In this document: positions 8,819 to 18,332 of the stretch, in pieces
Layout: each line of letters opens with the position of its first letter
Position numbering within the stretch: position 1 is the stretch's first letter
NCBI GenBank assembly: GCA_903824505.1
Contig: CAIJXG010000136.1
Span: forward strand, 1-48,702
Source: an uncultured Pseudomonadota bacterium
GTDB taxonomy: Bacteria > Pseudomonadota > Alphaproteobacteria > UBA9219
Reading direction: 5' to 3'
Length of the DNA: 48,702 nucleotides
Translations under genes and position numbers: made by a program
The notes under the pieces: model-generated
Seen by the model: only the letters and a program-made list of their open reading frames with translations
Told to the model about the DNA's origin: nothing
Database searches by the model: none

Positions 8819-9688
8819 ATGGCTCAATCCCACGTTGCGGGGCTATGTGGATTGAATCCAAGCGATTTAACCTTGCCCCGCAGACAAGGGGAACAGGTTT
8901 TTGCTTTTCTTGGCAAAGATCGAGTCTATCGTTTAGCCCGTAACCAAGCTTTCGCAGATTTTATGCCTGAGGAAGTATCTGTGCTCAAGGAACTTTATCG
9001 GCGCACTTGCGTGCCAACACCCGAAGTTCTTGATTTTAATAAAGAAAAAGGCCTTATGTGTATTTCTCGGCTTCAAGGCGAGTCTTTTTCTCCAGAGTCA
9101 TTCAGGACTCTGTCCCCTCAAATTCAAGAAGGAATTGGAGAGAAGATAGGGATGTTTCTTGCCCAAATGCACAGTTTTTTTCCCAAGAAAGAAACAATTG
9201 AAATTCTGGGACGCCTCCAAATTTTGAATCATATTAAGGCCGCCATTATGACAGAAGCAAACCCTCAAAATTTGCTACGTTTGAGAGAGGCCGAAAATTA
9301 TATGGATCAATATGGACGCACTGAAGGCCTTTATGTGCGACTTCATGGCGACTTGCATACAGGCAATATAATCCATGCTTCCACCCATCTCGATGATGTT
9401 GGCATCACGGATTTTGGTGCAACAAAATATGGTGTGCCTGCCTATGATTTTGTTGCATTGAAATGGCATTTTCCAGAGCGAGCCTACGAGAGGGCTAAGG
9501 CAACCTACGAGAAACTCATGCAGATTGAAATTCAGAATGAAACGGTTCAAATTCTTGCGGATATTCTTGATGTCGGGAGGTGTGGTGGGCTCCAATATAC
9601 AAATTGCGCATCTGTTGGTAAAAATCTTGAGCCGCAAAGGAGGAATCTTAACCATAAGCTCCCTCTCATCGCTTGCGCTCAAGGATGA
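8819..9688 (+). CDS. Phosphotransferase enzyme family (APH/choline-kinase-like) kinase
   Basis: The catalytic loop HGDLHTGNIIH and the motif ITDFG are present. The product is 289 aa and lies in a visibly AT-richer island. Confidence 0.75.
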   Translation: MAQSHVAGLCGLNPSDLTLPRRQGEQVFAFLGKDRVYRLARNQAFADFMPEEVSVLKELYRRTCVPTPEVLDFNKEKGLMCISRLQGESFSPESFRTLSPQIQEGIGEKIGMFLAQMHSFFPKKETIEILGRLQILNHIKAAIMTEANPQNLLRLREAENYMDQYGRTEGLYVRLHGDLHTGNIIHASTHLDDVGITDFGATKYGVPAYDFVALKWHFPERAYERAKATYEKLMQIEIQNETVQILADILDVGRCGGLQYTNCASVGKNLEPQRRNLNHKLPLIACAQG

Positions 9689-9734
9689 GCGCGAAGTGTG
9701 GGATAGGAATTTTGCCGAGTCTTTTCCTTACCCC

Positions 9735-9826
9735 TGAATCCGCAGCCCATCCCACCTGCCCATCTTTGATGGTGCCGGACAGGATTTCTTGGGCCAGAGG
9801 GTTTTGGGGGCGCGTTGGATCACGCG
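9735..9826 (-). pseudogene. clpB: clpB C-terminal remnant (~30 codons)
   Basis: The minus-strand translation QNPLAQEILSGTIKDGQVG matches the conserved ClpB C-terminal motif (E/D)NPLAQ.ILSGE..DG. The homology begins exactly where the repeat at 9827-9853 ends. Confidence 0.45.
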
Positions 9827-9853
9827 TTTTTCCCATACTTTTAGAATTGCTGG
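9827..9853 (-). repeat. Solo GCAATTCTAAAAGTA module (repeat family A)
   Basis: The reverse complement CCAGCAATTCTAAAAGTATGGGAAAAA matches copies at 10561-10587, 20589-20605, 37871-37893, 42586-42606 and 48605-48626. Confidence 0.8.
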
Positions 9854-9857
9854 CTTG

Positions 9858-10403
9858 TCATACACCGGCGGTTACAATGCGCAAAGCCTCGGCGTGAGTT
9901 TTGACGATTGTGACGCCCTCGGGCGCGGTTGTTTCGTCTGTCAGCCAGAGGCCTGTCTTGATTCCGCCCTGCGCTGCCGCGTGCAGATCTCGTATCTTGT
10001 CGCCAAGGGCCATTGATCGGGCGGGATCGAGGTTCAGCCGCCGCACGGCTTCCATCACCATGCCGGGATTCGGCTTGTACCAGAAGCTTTGCCGCGCATA
10101 AGGCGGCCTGCCTTCTGGAAATTCGAAACATTCCAGCACAAGATCAATCGTAATGCCCTCTTGGCGCAGCCCTGCCAGCATATGCGTGGTCACGGCTCGA
10201 TACGCTTCTTCTGTGTAATAACCCCGCGCCACGCCGGATTGGTTCGTAAAAATCGCCAAACGATACCCCGCCTCCCTTGCGCCGCGCAGAAGGGGAAACA
10301 CGGCAGGAAGAAAAACAAATTGGTCAACAGAGGCAATGTAGCCGTCCTGATTCAGGATTCCATCCCGATCCAGAAGAAGCGCGCGGTTTAAGGTCATGGA
10401 CAC
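9858..10403 (-). CDS. gmhB: HAD-IIIA phosphatase, D,D-heptose 1,7-bisphosphate phosphatase-like
   Basis: The motifs LLLDRDGILN, FTNQSGVARG, YKPNPGM and LGDKIRD are present. The GmhB Zn-binding Cys motif is not evident, so substrate specificity is uncertain. Confidence 0.75.
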   Translation of the reverse strand: MSMTLNRALLLDRDGILNQDGYIASVDQFVFLPAVFPLLRGAREAGYRLAIFTNQSGVARGYYTEEAYRAVTTHMLAGLRQEGITIDLVLECFEFPEGRPPYARQSFWYKPNPGMVMEAVRRLNLDPARSMALGDKIRDLHAAAQGGIKTGLWLTDETTAPEGVTIVKTHAEALRIVTAGV

Positions 10404-10497
10404 CCCTTATAAGGGCGCGCGCCCATGCAAGAGAGGCGCGAAAAAGCGCAGATAAGGCCTGTTTTTAAAGACATCGAGGAAGATCCTTGCTTGATAG

Positions 10498-10587
10498 AGG
10501 CCAAGGTGCGGCCCGCGTGAGGGGGTAGGGAATTCTACAGCTCTTTCCGTAGAGCACTTCTTTTTCCCATACTTTTAGAATTACTGC
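10498..10587 (-). repeat. Partial copy of repeat family A (AATTCTAAAAGTA module plus one GGAAAGAGC.GTAGAAT arm)
   Basis: Its reverse complement aligns with 37871-37950 up to ...CGCGGGCC and then diverges. It lies in the divergent gmhB / histidine-kinase intergenic region. Confidence 0.8.
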
Positions 10588-10659
10588 GAATCCTCCTCCC
10601 CTGTTCCCTTGTCCGTCAAGATGCTTTAGGAAGGGAAGACGTGTTTTGGATCGGTTCTC

Positions 10660-13107
10660 ATGCCTCAGCCTCTTTTGACCTATGCTCCTTTTATGGCCGT
10701 GGCCGCCCTTGTGTTGGCTGTCGTGCTTCTTTTGGGCATTACGCTGGGGGTTGGCACGCCGATGCTGATGATTGTCATTTTGGCGGGGGTGACGGCGGGG
10801 CTTGGGGGGCTGTCTTATCTGTTGATCCGGCAGGGGCGGCGGCAGGCGGCGCAGATTCGCGCGCTCCTTCCCTTGGCGGAACGCGCTCAAGCGGTTTTGG
10901 CCTCGGCGCCTACCGTTTTCTGCCTTTTCACGCCTCAAGGTATTTTGCGGGAGTCTGTTGGCGTGGCGGCTCTTCTGGGGGTCGAGAAAGTGGCGCATGC
11001 CGAGGATCTGGTCGCCGCTATCCGTGATCCTGAACTTTTTCTCGCCGCTTTTCGCAAGCTGCAATTGGCGGGGGAGGGGTTCGCTCTTTCAGTTACGCTT
11101 GCGCAAAGCGGCACAGTCATTCCCGTGACCGGAAAGCGGGTTCGCATTGGCCGAGACTCTGTGCCCTATGATGTTTTGTGGTTCGATAACAGTCCCGCCG
11201 TGCAAGCGGAGCGCGCGCATGTCACAAGCGCACTAGCGGAAAATAAGGCCTCTGTGGAGCAATTGACGGCGATGCGGGATTCTTTTCCGCTTCCGATCTG
11301 GATTCGTCAGGCGGATTTGACTCTGACCGGATGCAACCCTGCTTATGCGCGGATAATGGATCAGACGGTCGCCGCTGTGTTAGAGGCTCAAAGCGAGCTG
11401 ACCTCGGCCACGGCGCGGGGTGGAAGCGGGCGGGCGTTGGCGGCCAAGGCGCTTGAAACAGGCCAGCCGCAAATCGAACGGCGCCACGTGATTGTGGCGG
11501 GTAAACGTCAGCTTTTGGAAATTACCGAGATTCCCTATAGCCCAACGCCTGAGACGCGGGGTGTTTTCGGATTCGCGGTCAATGTGACGGCTGAGGAAGA
11601 ACAGGCACTCGAAATCGAACGCCATGCAACCTCTCAGCGCGAAGTTTTGGAACATTTGGGCAGCGCGATTGCGATTTACGGGCCTGACACACGGCTGGAA
11701 TTCTATAACCGCGCCTATGTGCGTTTGTGGCACGCGACTGAGGCCTTTTTGGATACCAAGCCGACCTTTGGCGAGATTATCGAAGATTCGCGTACACGTC
11801 GCGTTGCGCCGGAACAGTCGGATTTCCCGCGCTATAAGCGGGAACGCGTGGGGCTCTTTACCTCGCTTTTGGAGCCGCGCGAGGATCTGATGCATCTGCC
11901 CGACGGCACGACTCTGCGGATTTTGGTCTCGCCGCACCCGATGGGCGGGCTGATTTTTGTGCATGAGGATGTGACGGATCGGCTGGAGCTGGAATCCTCG
12001 TACAACACCCTGATAGCAGTCCAGCGCGAGACTATCGACAATCTGGCGGAAGGTGTGGCCGTGTTTGGCACAGGAGGCAAGCTGGGGCTTTTCAATCAGG
12101 CTGTCGCGCAAATTTGGAATCTGCCGACGGATTATTTGGCCTCTAGCCCCCATATCGCGGATTTTGTCGAACGGGCGCGGGCTTTGCTGGGGCATGAGGC
12201 GGATTGGGAGTCGTTTAAGAAAGATTTCGTCTCGCGCACCCTTGATCGCACACCCCGCAAAACACGGCTGAATTTGACGAATGGCCAGATCATTGACTGC
12301 ATCACAGCGCCTTTGCCGGATGGCGCGGCCTTGAACAGCTATTTGGATGTCACGGATTCGGTCAAAATCGAACAGGCGTTGCGGGCGAGCAACGCCGCAC
12401 TGGCCGCCGCAGATCGGGTGAAGTCGGACTTTGTCGCGACGGTCTCGCATCAATTACGCACGCCTTTGAACACCATCATGGGCTTTTCTGAAATTCTGAC
12501 CAACCAGTATTTCGGAAGCCTGAACGACCGCCAAATGGAGTATACGCGCACGATTATGGAGGCCAGCAAGAAGCTGCTTTTGCTGATTAACGATGTGTTG
12601 GATCTCGCGACCATCGAAGCGGGACGTATGACCCTCAACCGCGAAGCGGTTTTGGCGGCTAATCTCATGAATGCCGCGCGGCAGGTCACGGCAGAATGGG
12701 CACGGCAGCAAGCGCTAGAGGTCGCGATCGACTGCCCCTCAGATGTCGGCAGCTTTACGGTGGATGCCGCGCGAATCAAACAAGTCTTGCTGAATTTACT
12801 AAACAACGCGATTACATGGACTCTAGCGGGTGGACGAATTACGCTGGAAGCGCGCCGCGCTTCCCCGTGGATTATCCTCAGCGTCGTGGATACAGGGGTT
12901 GGCATCCCGCCCGACTCTCTTGATCGCGTTTTTGGGAAATTCGAGCGCGGCGATCCAGAGGACAAAAAAGCCGGAGCAGGCCTTGGCCTCAGCCTTGTCA
13001 AAAGCTTGATTGAACTTCACGGCGGCCGCGTCGAGATCACAAGCACCCCCGACACAGGCACGCGGATTAGTTGCTTTGTGCCGATCTATCCGCCAGCGGC
13101 GGGGTAG
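10660..13107 (+). CDS. Membrane-anchored multi-PAS sensor histidine kinase
   Basis: The protein has N-terminal TM helices and a long PAS-like region. The HisKA H-box is SHQLRTPLNTIMGFSEIL, and the HATPase N/G boxes are LLNNAITWT, DTGVGIP and GAGLGLSLV. No adjacent response regulator is present. Confidence 0.9.
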   Translation: MPQPLLTYAPFMAVAALVLAVVLLLGITLGVGTPMLMIVILAGVTAGLGGLSYLLIRQGRRQAAQIRALLPLAERAQAVLASAPTVFCLFTPQGILRESVGVAALLGVEKVAHAEDLVAAIRDPELFLAAFRKLQLAGEGFALSVTLAQSGTVIPVTGKRVRIGRDSVPYDVLWFDNSPAVQAERAHVTSALAENKASVEQLTAMRDSFPLPIWIRQADLTLTGCNPAYARIMDQTVAAVLEAQSELTSATARGGSGRALAAKALETGQPQIERRHVIVAGKRQLLEITEIPYSPTPETRGVFGFAVNVTAEEEQALEIERHATSQREVLEHLGSAIAIYGPDTRLEFYNRAYVRLWHATEAFLDTKPTFGEIIEDSRTRRVAPEQSDFPRYKRERVGLFTSLLEPREDLMHLPDGTTLRILVSPHPMGGLIFVHEDVTDRLELESSYNTLIAVQRETIDNLAEGVAVFGTGGKLGLFNQAVAQIWNLPTDYLASSPHIADFVERARALLGHEADWESFKKDFVSRTLDRTPRKTRLNLTNGQIIDCITAPLPDGAALNSYLDVTDSVKIEQALRASNAALAAADRVKSDFVATVSHQLRTPLNTIMGFSEILTNQYFGSLNDRQMEYTRTIMEASKKLLLLINDVLDLATIEAGRMTLNREAVLAANLMNAARQVTAEWARQQALEVAIDCPSDVGSFTVDAARIKQVLLNLLNNAITWTLAGGRITLEARRASPWIILSVVDTGVGIPPDSLDRVFGKFERGDPEDKKAGAGLGLSLVKSLIELHGGRVEITSTPDTGTRISCFVPIYPPAAG

Positions 13108-13166
13108 GGCAGGGGACTCCTCCCCCCTTTCCGATTCGCGAAAAGGGGAGAGATTTCCAAGATGCT

Positions 13167-13706
13167 TTACGCGACTTTCAGGGTGTCCTCGCCCTTCTGC
13201 CATTCGCAGGGGCAGAGGCCATCGGTTTGAAGCGCGTCCAGCACGCGCAGCACTTCCTTGACGTTCCGGCCGACGCTCATATCCGTGACCATCACAAAGC
13301 GGATGACGCCCTGAGGATCGACGATATAAGTCGCGCGTTGGGACACGCCCGCCTCGTGGTCTAGAATTCCAAGCGCCGAGGACAGCTCGCGCTTGATGTC
13401 GGACAGCATGGGGAAGGGTAGATCCTTCAGGTCTTTGTGGCTCTGACGCCAAGCCAGATGAACGAATTCACTGTCGATGCTCGCGCCCAAGACTTGAGCA
13501 CTGCGATCGTTGAAGGCTTTGTTCGTTTTGCCAAACTCGGCGATTTCGGTCGGGCATACAAAGGTGAAGTCCTTGGGCCAGAAGAAAACCACAAGCCATT
13601 TGCCCGCATAGCTATCATTGCGAATATCCGTAAAGGCTTTCGACAGGTCGTTTGACACGGCAGCCTTCAGCGAGAAGGCGGGGAAGGGTTGACCAACGGT
13701 CAGCAT
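13167..13706 (-). CDS. ahpC: 2-Cys peroxiredoxin (AhpC/Prx1 family)
   Basis: The peroxidatic Cys motif DFTFVCPTE and a resolving Cys context GLCPCEWQKGEDT are present. Confidence 0.9.
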   Translation of the reverse strand: MLTVGQPFPAFSLKAAVSNDLSKAFTDIRNDSYAGKWLVVFFWPKDFTFVCPTEIAEFGKTNKAFNDRSAQVLGASIDSEFVHLAWRQSHKDLKDLPFPMLSDIKRELSSALGILDHEAGVSQRATYIVDPQGVIRFVMVTDMSVGRNVKEVLRVLDALQTDGLCPCEWQKGEDTLKVA

Positions 13707-13855
13707 GGGAGATCCTTTCGTTTGAAGAGAAAAATGTCAAAAAAGACGCCCACCCTTTTAAAAAAGCGCGTGTATCTTTTCCGCATAACTTAAACAAGAC
13801 ATAAATGGGACGAATTGTCGAGATGGTTTCTGCACAATGGATTTTTGTATTGGTA

Positions 13856-14707
13856 TTACATGTGGCGAGTCAGCGCGCGCGCGACTCCTTCAGCGACGGC
13901 CGCTTGGCACGCGGCGGCCAGCGCTTTGCGGTCGGGATAGGAAGAGGCCGCCAACGGCATGTGGAAAATAACCTCGACCGTAAACGCACCTTTTTTAAAG
14001 GCATTCCATAAATGGGGAATCAGTTCCATATCGCCATACCATGCGTAACGGGGGCGTTGATCCCGTAAGAGCGGCAGCCCGTCCAGCTCGGTGCAGGTCA
14101 CGGAAACTGGCTGGATTGTTACGGCGATATCCTCCATCGCTTCTTCGACAATACTGAAGAGCGTGCTTTTAAAGGGCAGAACATCTACCCCTTCCGTTGA
14201 GGTTCCTTCCGGAAAAAGGATCAGATTGCCCTTTTGAGCAAGGTGCGTTTGCAGCTGCGTTCGTTGATCCGCCGCGCGGGTGCGGCGGCGCTCGATAAAG
14301 ACCGTATGTTGCATTTTGGCCAAAAAGCCGAACAGAGGCCAGCTTGCGACTTCGGACTTGGCGATGAACGCGGCGTTAAGGAGACTGCCCAGAACGGGAA
14401 TATCGAGATACGAGACATGATTGGCGACAAAAAAGACGGGTGCGCTTCCGGTCGGCTGGCCAATTACATGGAGCCGCATGCCGAAAATCCGTAACAGACA
14501 GACATGAAAAAGCCGTGGAATCCGGAAGGGATCCTGCGGCCTTAGATACCCATAGGCAAACTGAACAGGAACAAGCGTGAGGATAAGTCCGAAGAAAGCC
14601 AGAACTTTGAGAAAGGCCAGTAAATTTTCCCAAGTTTCCGCGCCTAACGCGATAACGCTTTTCTGGCGAGCCTGAGAGACATCAGGGCTTGGCGCACGAA
14701 GAGTCAT
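13856..14707 (-). CDS. Lysophospholipid (1-acyl-sn-glycerol-3-phosphate) acyltransferase family
   Basis: The HX4D motif NHVSYLDI and the motif FPEGTST are present, with an N-terminal TM segment. Confidence 0.85.
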   Translation of the reverse strand: MTLRAPSPDVSQARQKSVIALGAETWENLLAFLKVLAFFGLILTLVPVQFAYGYLRPQDPFRIPRLFHVCLLRIFGMRLHVIGQPTGSAPVFFVANHVSYLDIPVLGSLLNAAFIAKSEVASWPLFGFLAKMQHTVFIERRRTRAADQRTQLQTHLAQKGNLILFPEGTSTEGVDVLPFKSTLFSIVEEAMEDIAVTIQPVSVTCTELDGLPLLRDQRPRYAWYGDMELIPHLWNAFKKGAFTVEVIFHMPLAASSYPDRKALAAACQAAVAEGVARALTRHM

Positions 14708-15007
14708 GTCTTTTCCCTTTTGCCTGTTGATCCACCGGCTTTCCCCTTTTTGGGAGAGAACCCCATAGATTCTTAAAAATCAGCTTGTCTTGATACCATC
14801 TATTCTTTTGCCTCTCTGAGTCTTTTTTGTCGATCCTTTGTCTAATCGCGGTTTTTAGGAGGAGTTTGGGGTATTCCCAGACGTTTTAAGCTGTCGTTTT
14901 TGACTCGTCAAAGGGCGTGTTATCAGGCATAAGAGGTGGGTTCGCGTCGGAAACACTGGACGACATCCTGGTTCCGGCGCTTGTTTTGACCTCTAAAGGA
15001 GACACAG

Positions 15008-15277
15008 ATGTCGCTTCAACCAGCTCTTAAACAAGACGTTATCAAGAAACATGCCCGCAGCAAGAAGGACACGGGATCACCCGAGGTTCAGATTGCGCTT
15101 CTAACCAGCAGGATCAACGAGCTTTCTGCCCATTTTGAAAAGCACAAGAAAGATCACCACTCGCGTCGTGGCCTGTTGATGATGGTCAGCAATCGCCGCA
15201 GCCTTCTGGACTACCTTAAGAAAACACAGAAGCCTGTTTACGAAAAGCTGATTGCCCAATTGGGCTTGCGGAAGTAA
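15008..15277 (+). CDS. rpsO: 30S ribosomal protein S15
   Basis: [35 protein letters not shown] identifies S15. Confidence 0.97.
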   Translation: MSLQPALKQDVIKKHARSKKDTGSPEVQIALLTSRINELSAHFEKHKKDHHSRRGLLMMVSNRRSLLDYLKKTQKPVYEKLIAQLGLRK

Positions 15278-15305
15278 TTTTTCAGCGGTCTTGGCAAAAA
15301 ATAAA

Positions 15306-15337
15306 CCCCGCATCTTGTGAAAGATGCGGGGTTTTTT
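15306..15337 (+). terminator. Rho-independent terminator of rpsO
   Basis: An 11-bp stem CCCCGCATCTT/AAGATGCGGGG with a GTGA loop is followed by T6. Confidence 0.85.
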
Positions 15338-15349
15338 CTTTTGTCCTGT

Positions 15350-15379
15350 TATACTTGGGTTCCTTCGGAACCCCGTAAG
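15350..15379. repeat. TATACTTGGG...hairpin repeat (family B-related)
   Basis: TATACTTGGGTTCCTTCGGAACCCCGTAAG is near-identical to 45677-45707 and related to the left end of 38041-38160. It contains the hairpin GGGTTCC/GGAACCC. Confidence 0.75.
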
Positions 15380-15381
15380 TT

Positions 15382-15741
15382 TTATTCCGCCAGAGCGGCG
15401 CGGGCTTGTTCAACCAGCGCTTTAAAGGCGTCCGGCTCTGTCGCCGCGAGATCCGAGAGGGACTTGCGGTCCAATTCGATCCCCGCGCGCTTCAGCCCAT
15501 TGATAAAGCGGGCATAGGTCAGGCCGTATTCCCGGACTCCGGCATTGATCCGCTGGATCCATAGAGCGCGGAATTCACGCTTTTTAGCGCGACGGTCGCG
15601 ATAGGCGTAGCGCAAGGCCTTTTCGACCTTTTCAATCGCGATGCGGAAATTCGTGCTGGCGCGGCCACGGTAGGTTTTACCGAGCTTGACCATTTCTTTG
15701 TGACGAGCGTGAGTCGTCACGCCTCTTTTTACGCGAGCCAT
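15382..15741 (-). CDS. rplT: 50S ribosomal protein L20
   Basis: [15 protein letters not shown]...[22 protein letters not shown] identifies L20. Confidence 0.97.
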   Translation of the reverse strand: MARVKRGVTTHARHKEMVKLGKTYRGRASTNFRIAIEKVEKALRYAYRDRRAKKREFRALWIQRINAGVREYGLTYARFINGLKRAGIELDRKSLSDLAATEPDAFKALVEQARAALAE

Positions 15742-15755
15742 GAGAGCATCTCCGC

Positions 15756-15956
15756 TTAGCTATTGGGAAGGAAATATTGGACGATGTTCTCGCCATCGGC
15801 CTTAAACAAGATCAAGCCTTGACGCGAGTCACGCTTGGAATCTTGGGAACGGCGACGCATGAAGTGACGACGATGAGAGGCTCCCGCCTTGACCTTCCCG
15901 CTTCCGGTCACACGGAAACGCTTTTTGGACCCGCTATGGGTCTTCATTTTGGGCAT
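15756..15956 (-). CDS. rpmI: 50S ribosomal protein L35
   Basis: [21 protein letters not shown] identifies L35, and the gene lies immediately upstream of rplT. Confidence 0.96.
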   Translation of the reverse strand: MPKMKTHSGSKKRFRVTGSGKVKAGASHRRHFMRRRSQDSKRDSRQGLILFKADGENIVQYFLPNS

Positions 15957-16084
15957 TTTCTATCCTTTGTTCTTGTTGTGTTCTCGTTGACGTGGCGGGG
16001 CATGTCCAAAGGCCTCAGCTCACGGATGAGAGGGGTGATAGCGCACCCAAAGGACAAAAAGCAACTTAAATCGTCACTCAATCG

Positions 16085-18043
16085 TCAAGGGGCGAGGCTG
16101 CCGCTTCTGTCCGCATACCCCAAATCCTTTAAAATCTTCAAAGGGGCTGTGCCGTTGTTCAATCGGGCGCGATAGACTTGGGTGCTTTCGATGATTCGCT
16201 GCACATAGGTACGGGTTTCTTGAATGGGGATCAGCTCGATCCAATCCACAGGATCCACCGCGCCGCTGCGTGGGTCGCCAAAGGTCGCAATCCATTCATG
16301 CACGCGGCCGGGCCCCGCATTATAGCCCGCCAGCGCCATGATATAAGAGCCGCCGAATTTATCAATCTGATCTTGCACAAAGTGCGTGCCCAGCTTGATG
16401 TTATAGGCGGGATCCTCAAGCAGAGATTCCGTATAACGCAAATCCATCTTTCGCGCGACTTCACGCGCCGTTGCGGGCATCAGCTGCATTAACCCCCTTG
16501 CGCCCACGCCGCTTTGCGCATGGGCATTAAACAGGCTTTCTTGGCGGATCAAGGCATGGGTAAAAGCAGGCTCTGGCGGAGACGGAAAGGGCAGCAAGAG
16601 AAGCGGAAAGCCCCCGTTTTCGACCATCATGTTTTTATGTGCAGCCGCCTTAACGGCTTGAATCCCAAGATCCGGACGATGAATCCGCGCCGCAATCTCA
16701 GCCAAGACCACAAAATCAGCTCGAGCTGTCGCCGCCTCACCCGCCGCATGGAAAAAGACCTGAGCGCGCGCGGTCTCGCCAATCGCGGCCAGCCGTTCAA
16801 TCGCGCGGAACATATCTTTGGTCAAAATCGTGTGACGGACGGATTCTGGCAAAGGAGGGTCCGCCTTTGCAAGCAGTTGCGGCTCCGCATAAAGGCGCGT
16901 TAAGGCCAGCTGGCCGTAATAGGTCGTGTTGAAAACAGAGGCACCTTCATAGGCTTGCTCAGCCGCGTTCGGGTCGCCCAGAGCCTCTTGCGTGCGGCCG
17001 AGCCAATAGCCAGCACGGGCTTGGGAAATCGGTGTTGTGCTGGCGGCATCTAAAGCCTGAAAATGTTTAAGCGCGACTTCCGGTTTGCTAAGCAGACGCA
17101 AGGCGATCCACCCGGCCAGAAATTCGGCCTGCGCGACGTTTTTCGGCTCGCTAAGCCCATGATGGGCTGCCAGTTGATAGGCTAGCGGGTAATCATGTTT
17201 TTCCATCGCGCGGCGGATCATAATCTGGCGCTGCTCGCCCCACGCATTCGCATCCCCAAGATCTGCAGGAGGATGCAACAGAGCCTCAAGCGCCGCGTCA
17301 TTTCGCCCCGCTTTAACGTCCCATTTCAGGCGCAGATATAAAATGCCCGGATCTTTTTGGACTTCAGGGGATAATTGCTCCAGCCACGTCCAAGCACGGG
17401 AATCCTGCGTGGCCAAAGCGATTCGCGTCAGGGCGAGCGCTTGGTCTTTTGCGTTTAAAGAGGGCATCAAACGGCGCGCTTCCGCAATCTCGCCTTTCCA
17501 CAACAGGCGATCCATCCGCGCCCAGAGGCTATCGGAATCAATCAAGGGGCTGAAACGGGAGGAAAACGCTGTTTGCTGATCCCCTGAAAAATCGCCCTCG
17601 ACCCAGCGTTTGCGGATCGCGGCGCGCGCGTCTTCGGCTCGACCCGATTGGTTCAGCGCGTCGATATAACGGTAAAAACCCGCGAGGCTTACAGGAGGAT
17701 GGGCGGCAAACCATGTGGTGACTTGGGGGGCAGGGGCTTGCGCGGGGATTTTCTGCTCCGCGATCATCTGGATTCCCTTAAGGCCCGGCCAGCCCGGATT
17801 TCCCGCAATAAAGGCGTTGAGCTGTTCAAAATTATAGCCATTGTCGGGCATCGCCATCGCGGCGGCCCGCAGGACTTTGTTCAGGATGGGATCGTCCCCT
17901 CGAGAGGCAAAAGCCTCAATCTGCTGGGGATTATTTGTCGCAACCGCGCTGAAGGCTTGGCGATAAAAGGCGACCTCGTCCTTGGCGGCCTGAGCCGTCA
18001 GCGGGGCAAAAAGAAACAGGAGGAGAAGAAAACGGAAAAGCAT
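16085..18043 (-). CDS. slt: Soluble lytic murein transglycosylase (Slt70-like)
   Basis: A signal peptide and a long helical superhelix region precede a C-terminal SLT domain (ALIRQESLFNAHAQSGVGARGLMQLMP, AGYNAGPGRV). Confidence 0.9.
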   Translation of the reverse strand: MLFRFLLLLFLFAPLTAQAAKDEVAFYRQAFSAVATNNPQQIEAFASRGDDPILNKVLRAAAMAMPDNGYNFEQLNAFIAGNPGWPGLKGIQMIAEQKIPAQAPAPQVTTWFAAHPPVSLAGFYRYIDALNQSGRAEDARAAIRKRWVEGDFSGDQQTAFSSRFSPLIDSDSLWARMDRLLWKGEIAEARRLMPSLNAKDQALALTRIALATQDSRAWTWLEQLSPEVQKDPGILYLRLKWDVKAGRNDAALEALLHPPADLGDANAWGEQRQIMIRRAMEKHDYPLAYQLAAHHGLSEPKNVAQAEFLAGWIALRLLSKPEVALKHFQALDAASTTPISQARAGYWLGRTQEALGDPNAAEQAYEGASVFNTTYYGQLALTRLYAEPQLLAKADPPLPESVRHTILTKDMFRAIERLAAIGETARAQVFFHAAGEAATARADFVVLAEIAARIHRPDLGIQAVKAAAHKNMMVENGGFPLLLLPFPSPPEPAFTHALIRQESLFNAHAQSGVGARGLMQLMPATAREVARKMDLRYTESLLEDPAYNIKLGTHFVQDQIDKFGGSYIMALAGYNAGPGRVHEWIATFGDPRSGAVDPVDWIELIPIQETRTYVQRIIESTQVYRARLNNGTAPLKILKDLGYADRSGSLAP

Positions 18044-18155
18044 CGTGGGGCAGGAACAGGGCGTGTGCCGCGCTTGTAACAGATTTGACGGCGAAAGCCG
18101 AAGGTTAATCTTGGAAAAGGGGACTATTGAGTGAACGAAGTTAACCGCATAAAAA

Positions 18156-18298
18156 ACCGCGTCATGTGTGGACGGTTGTGGGCTGTCAAGGGTTTTGAGT
18201 AGACGGGAACCGTCGCCCCCCGCCAGAGTTTACCCCCCGTAAAAACGGGGGCGGGGACGAGCTGGGCACTTGTGTATAAACCTCAATCTATGACGCGG
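18156..18298. repeat. MITE-like element bounded by 9-bp inverted repeats CCGCGTCAT/ATGACGCGG
   Basis: The inverted repeats lie at 18156-18164 and 18290-18298. The internal hairpin CCCCCCGTAAAAACGGGGG is shared with the 7641-7665 element, and the CCGCGTCAT motif also occurs at 7615-7623 and 37857-37865. Confidence 0.6.
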
Positions 18299-18332
18299 CT
18301 AAGTATAATCGCGCTTGAATCTGGCTGTGTGT

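Noticed and set aside
10465-11064. A 199-aa minus-strand ORF rich in Arg/Gln/Pro that spans the repeat and the histidine-kinase 5' end.
   Set aside because: It is a low-complexity shadow frame over a repeat element and over the kinase's TM-coding region.
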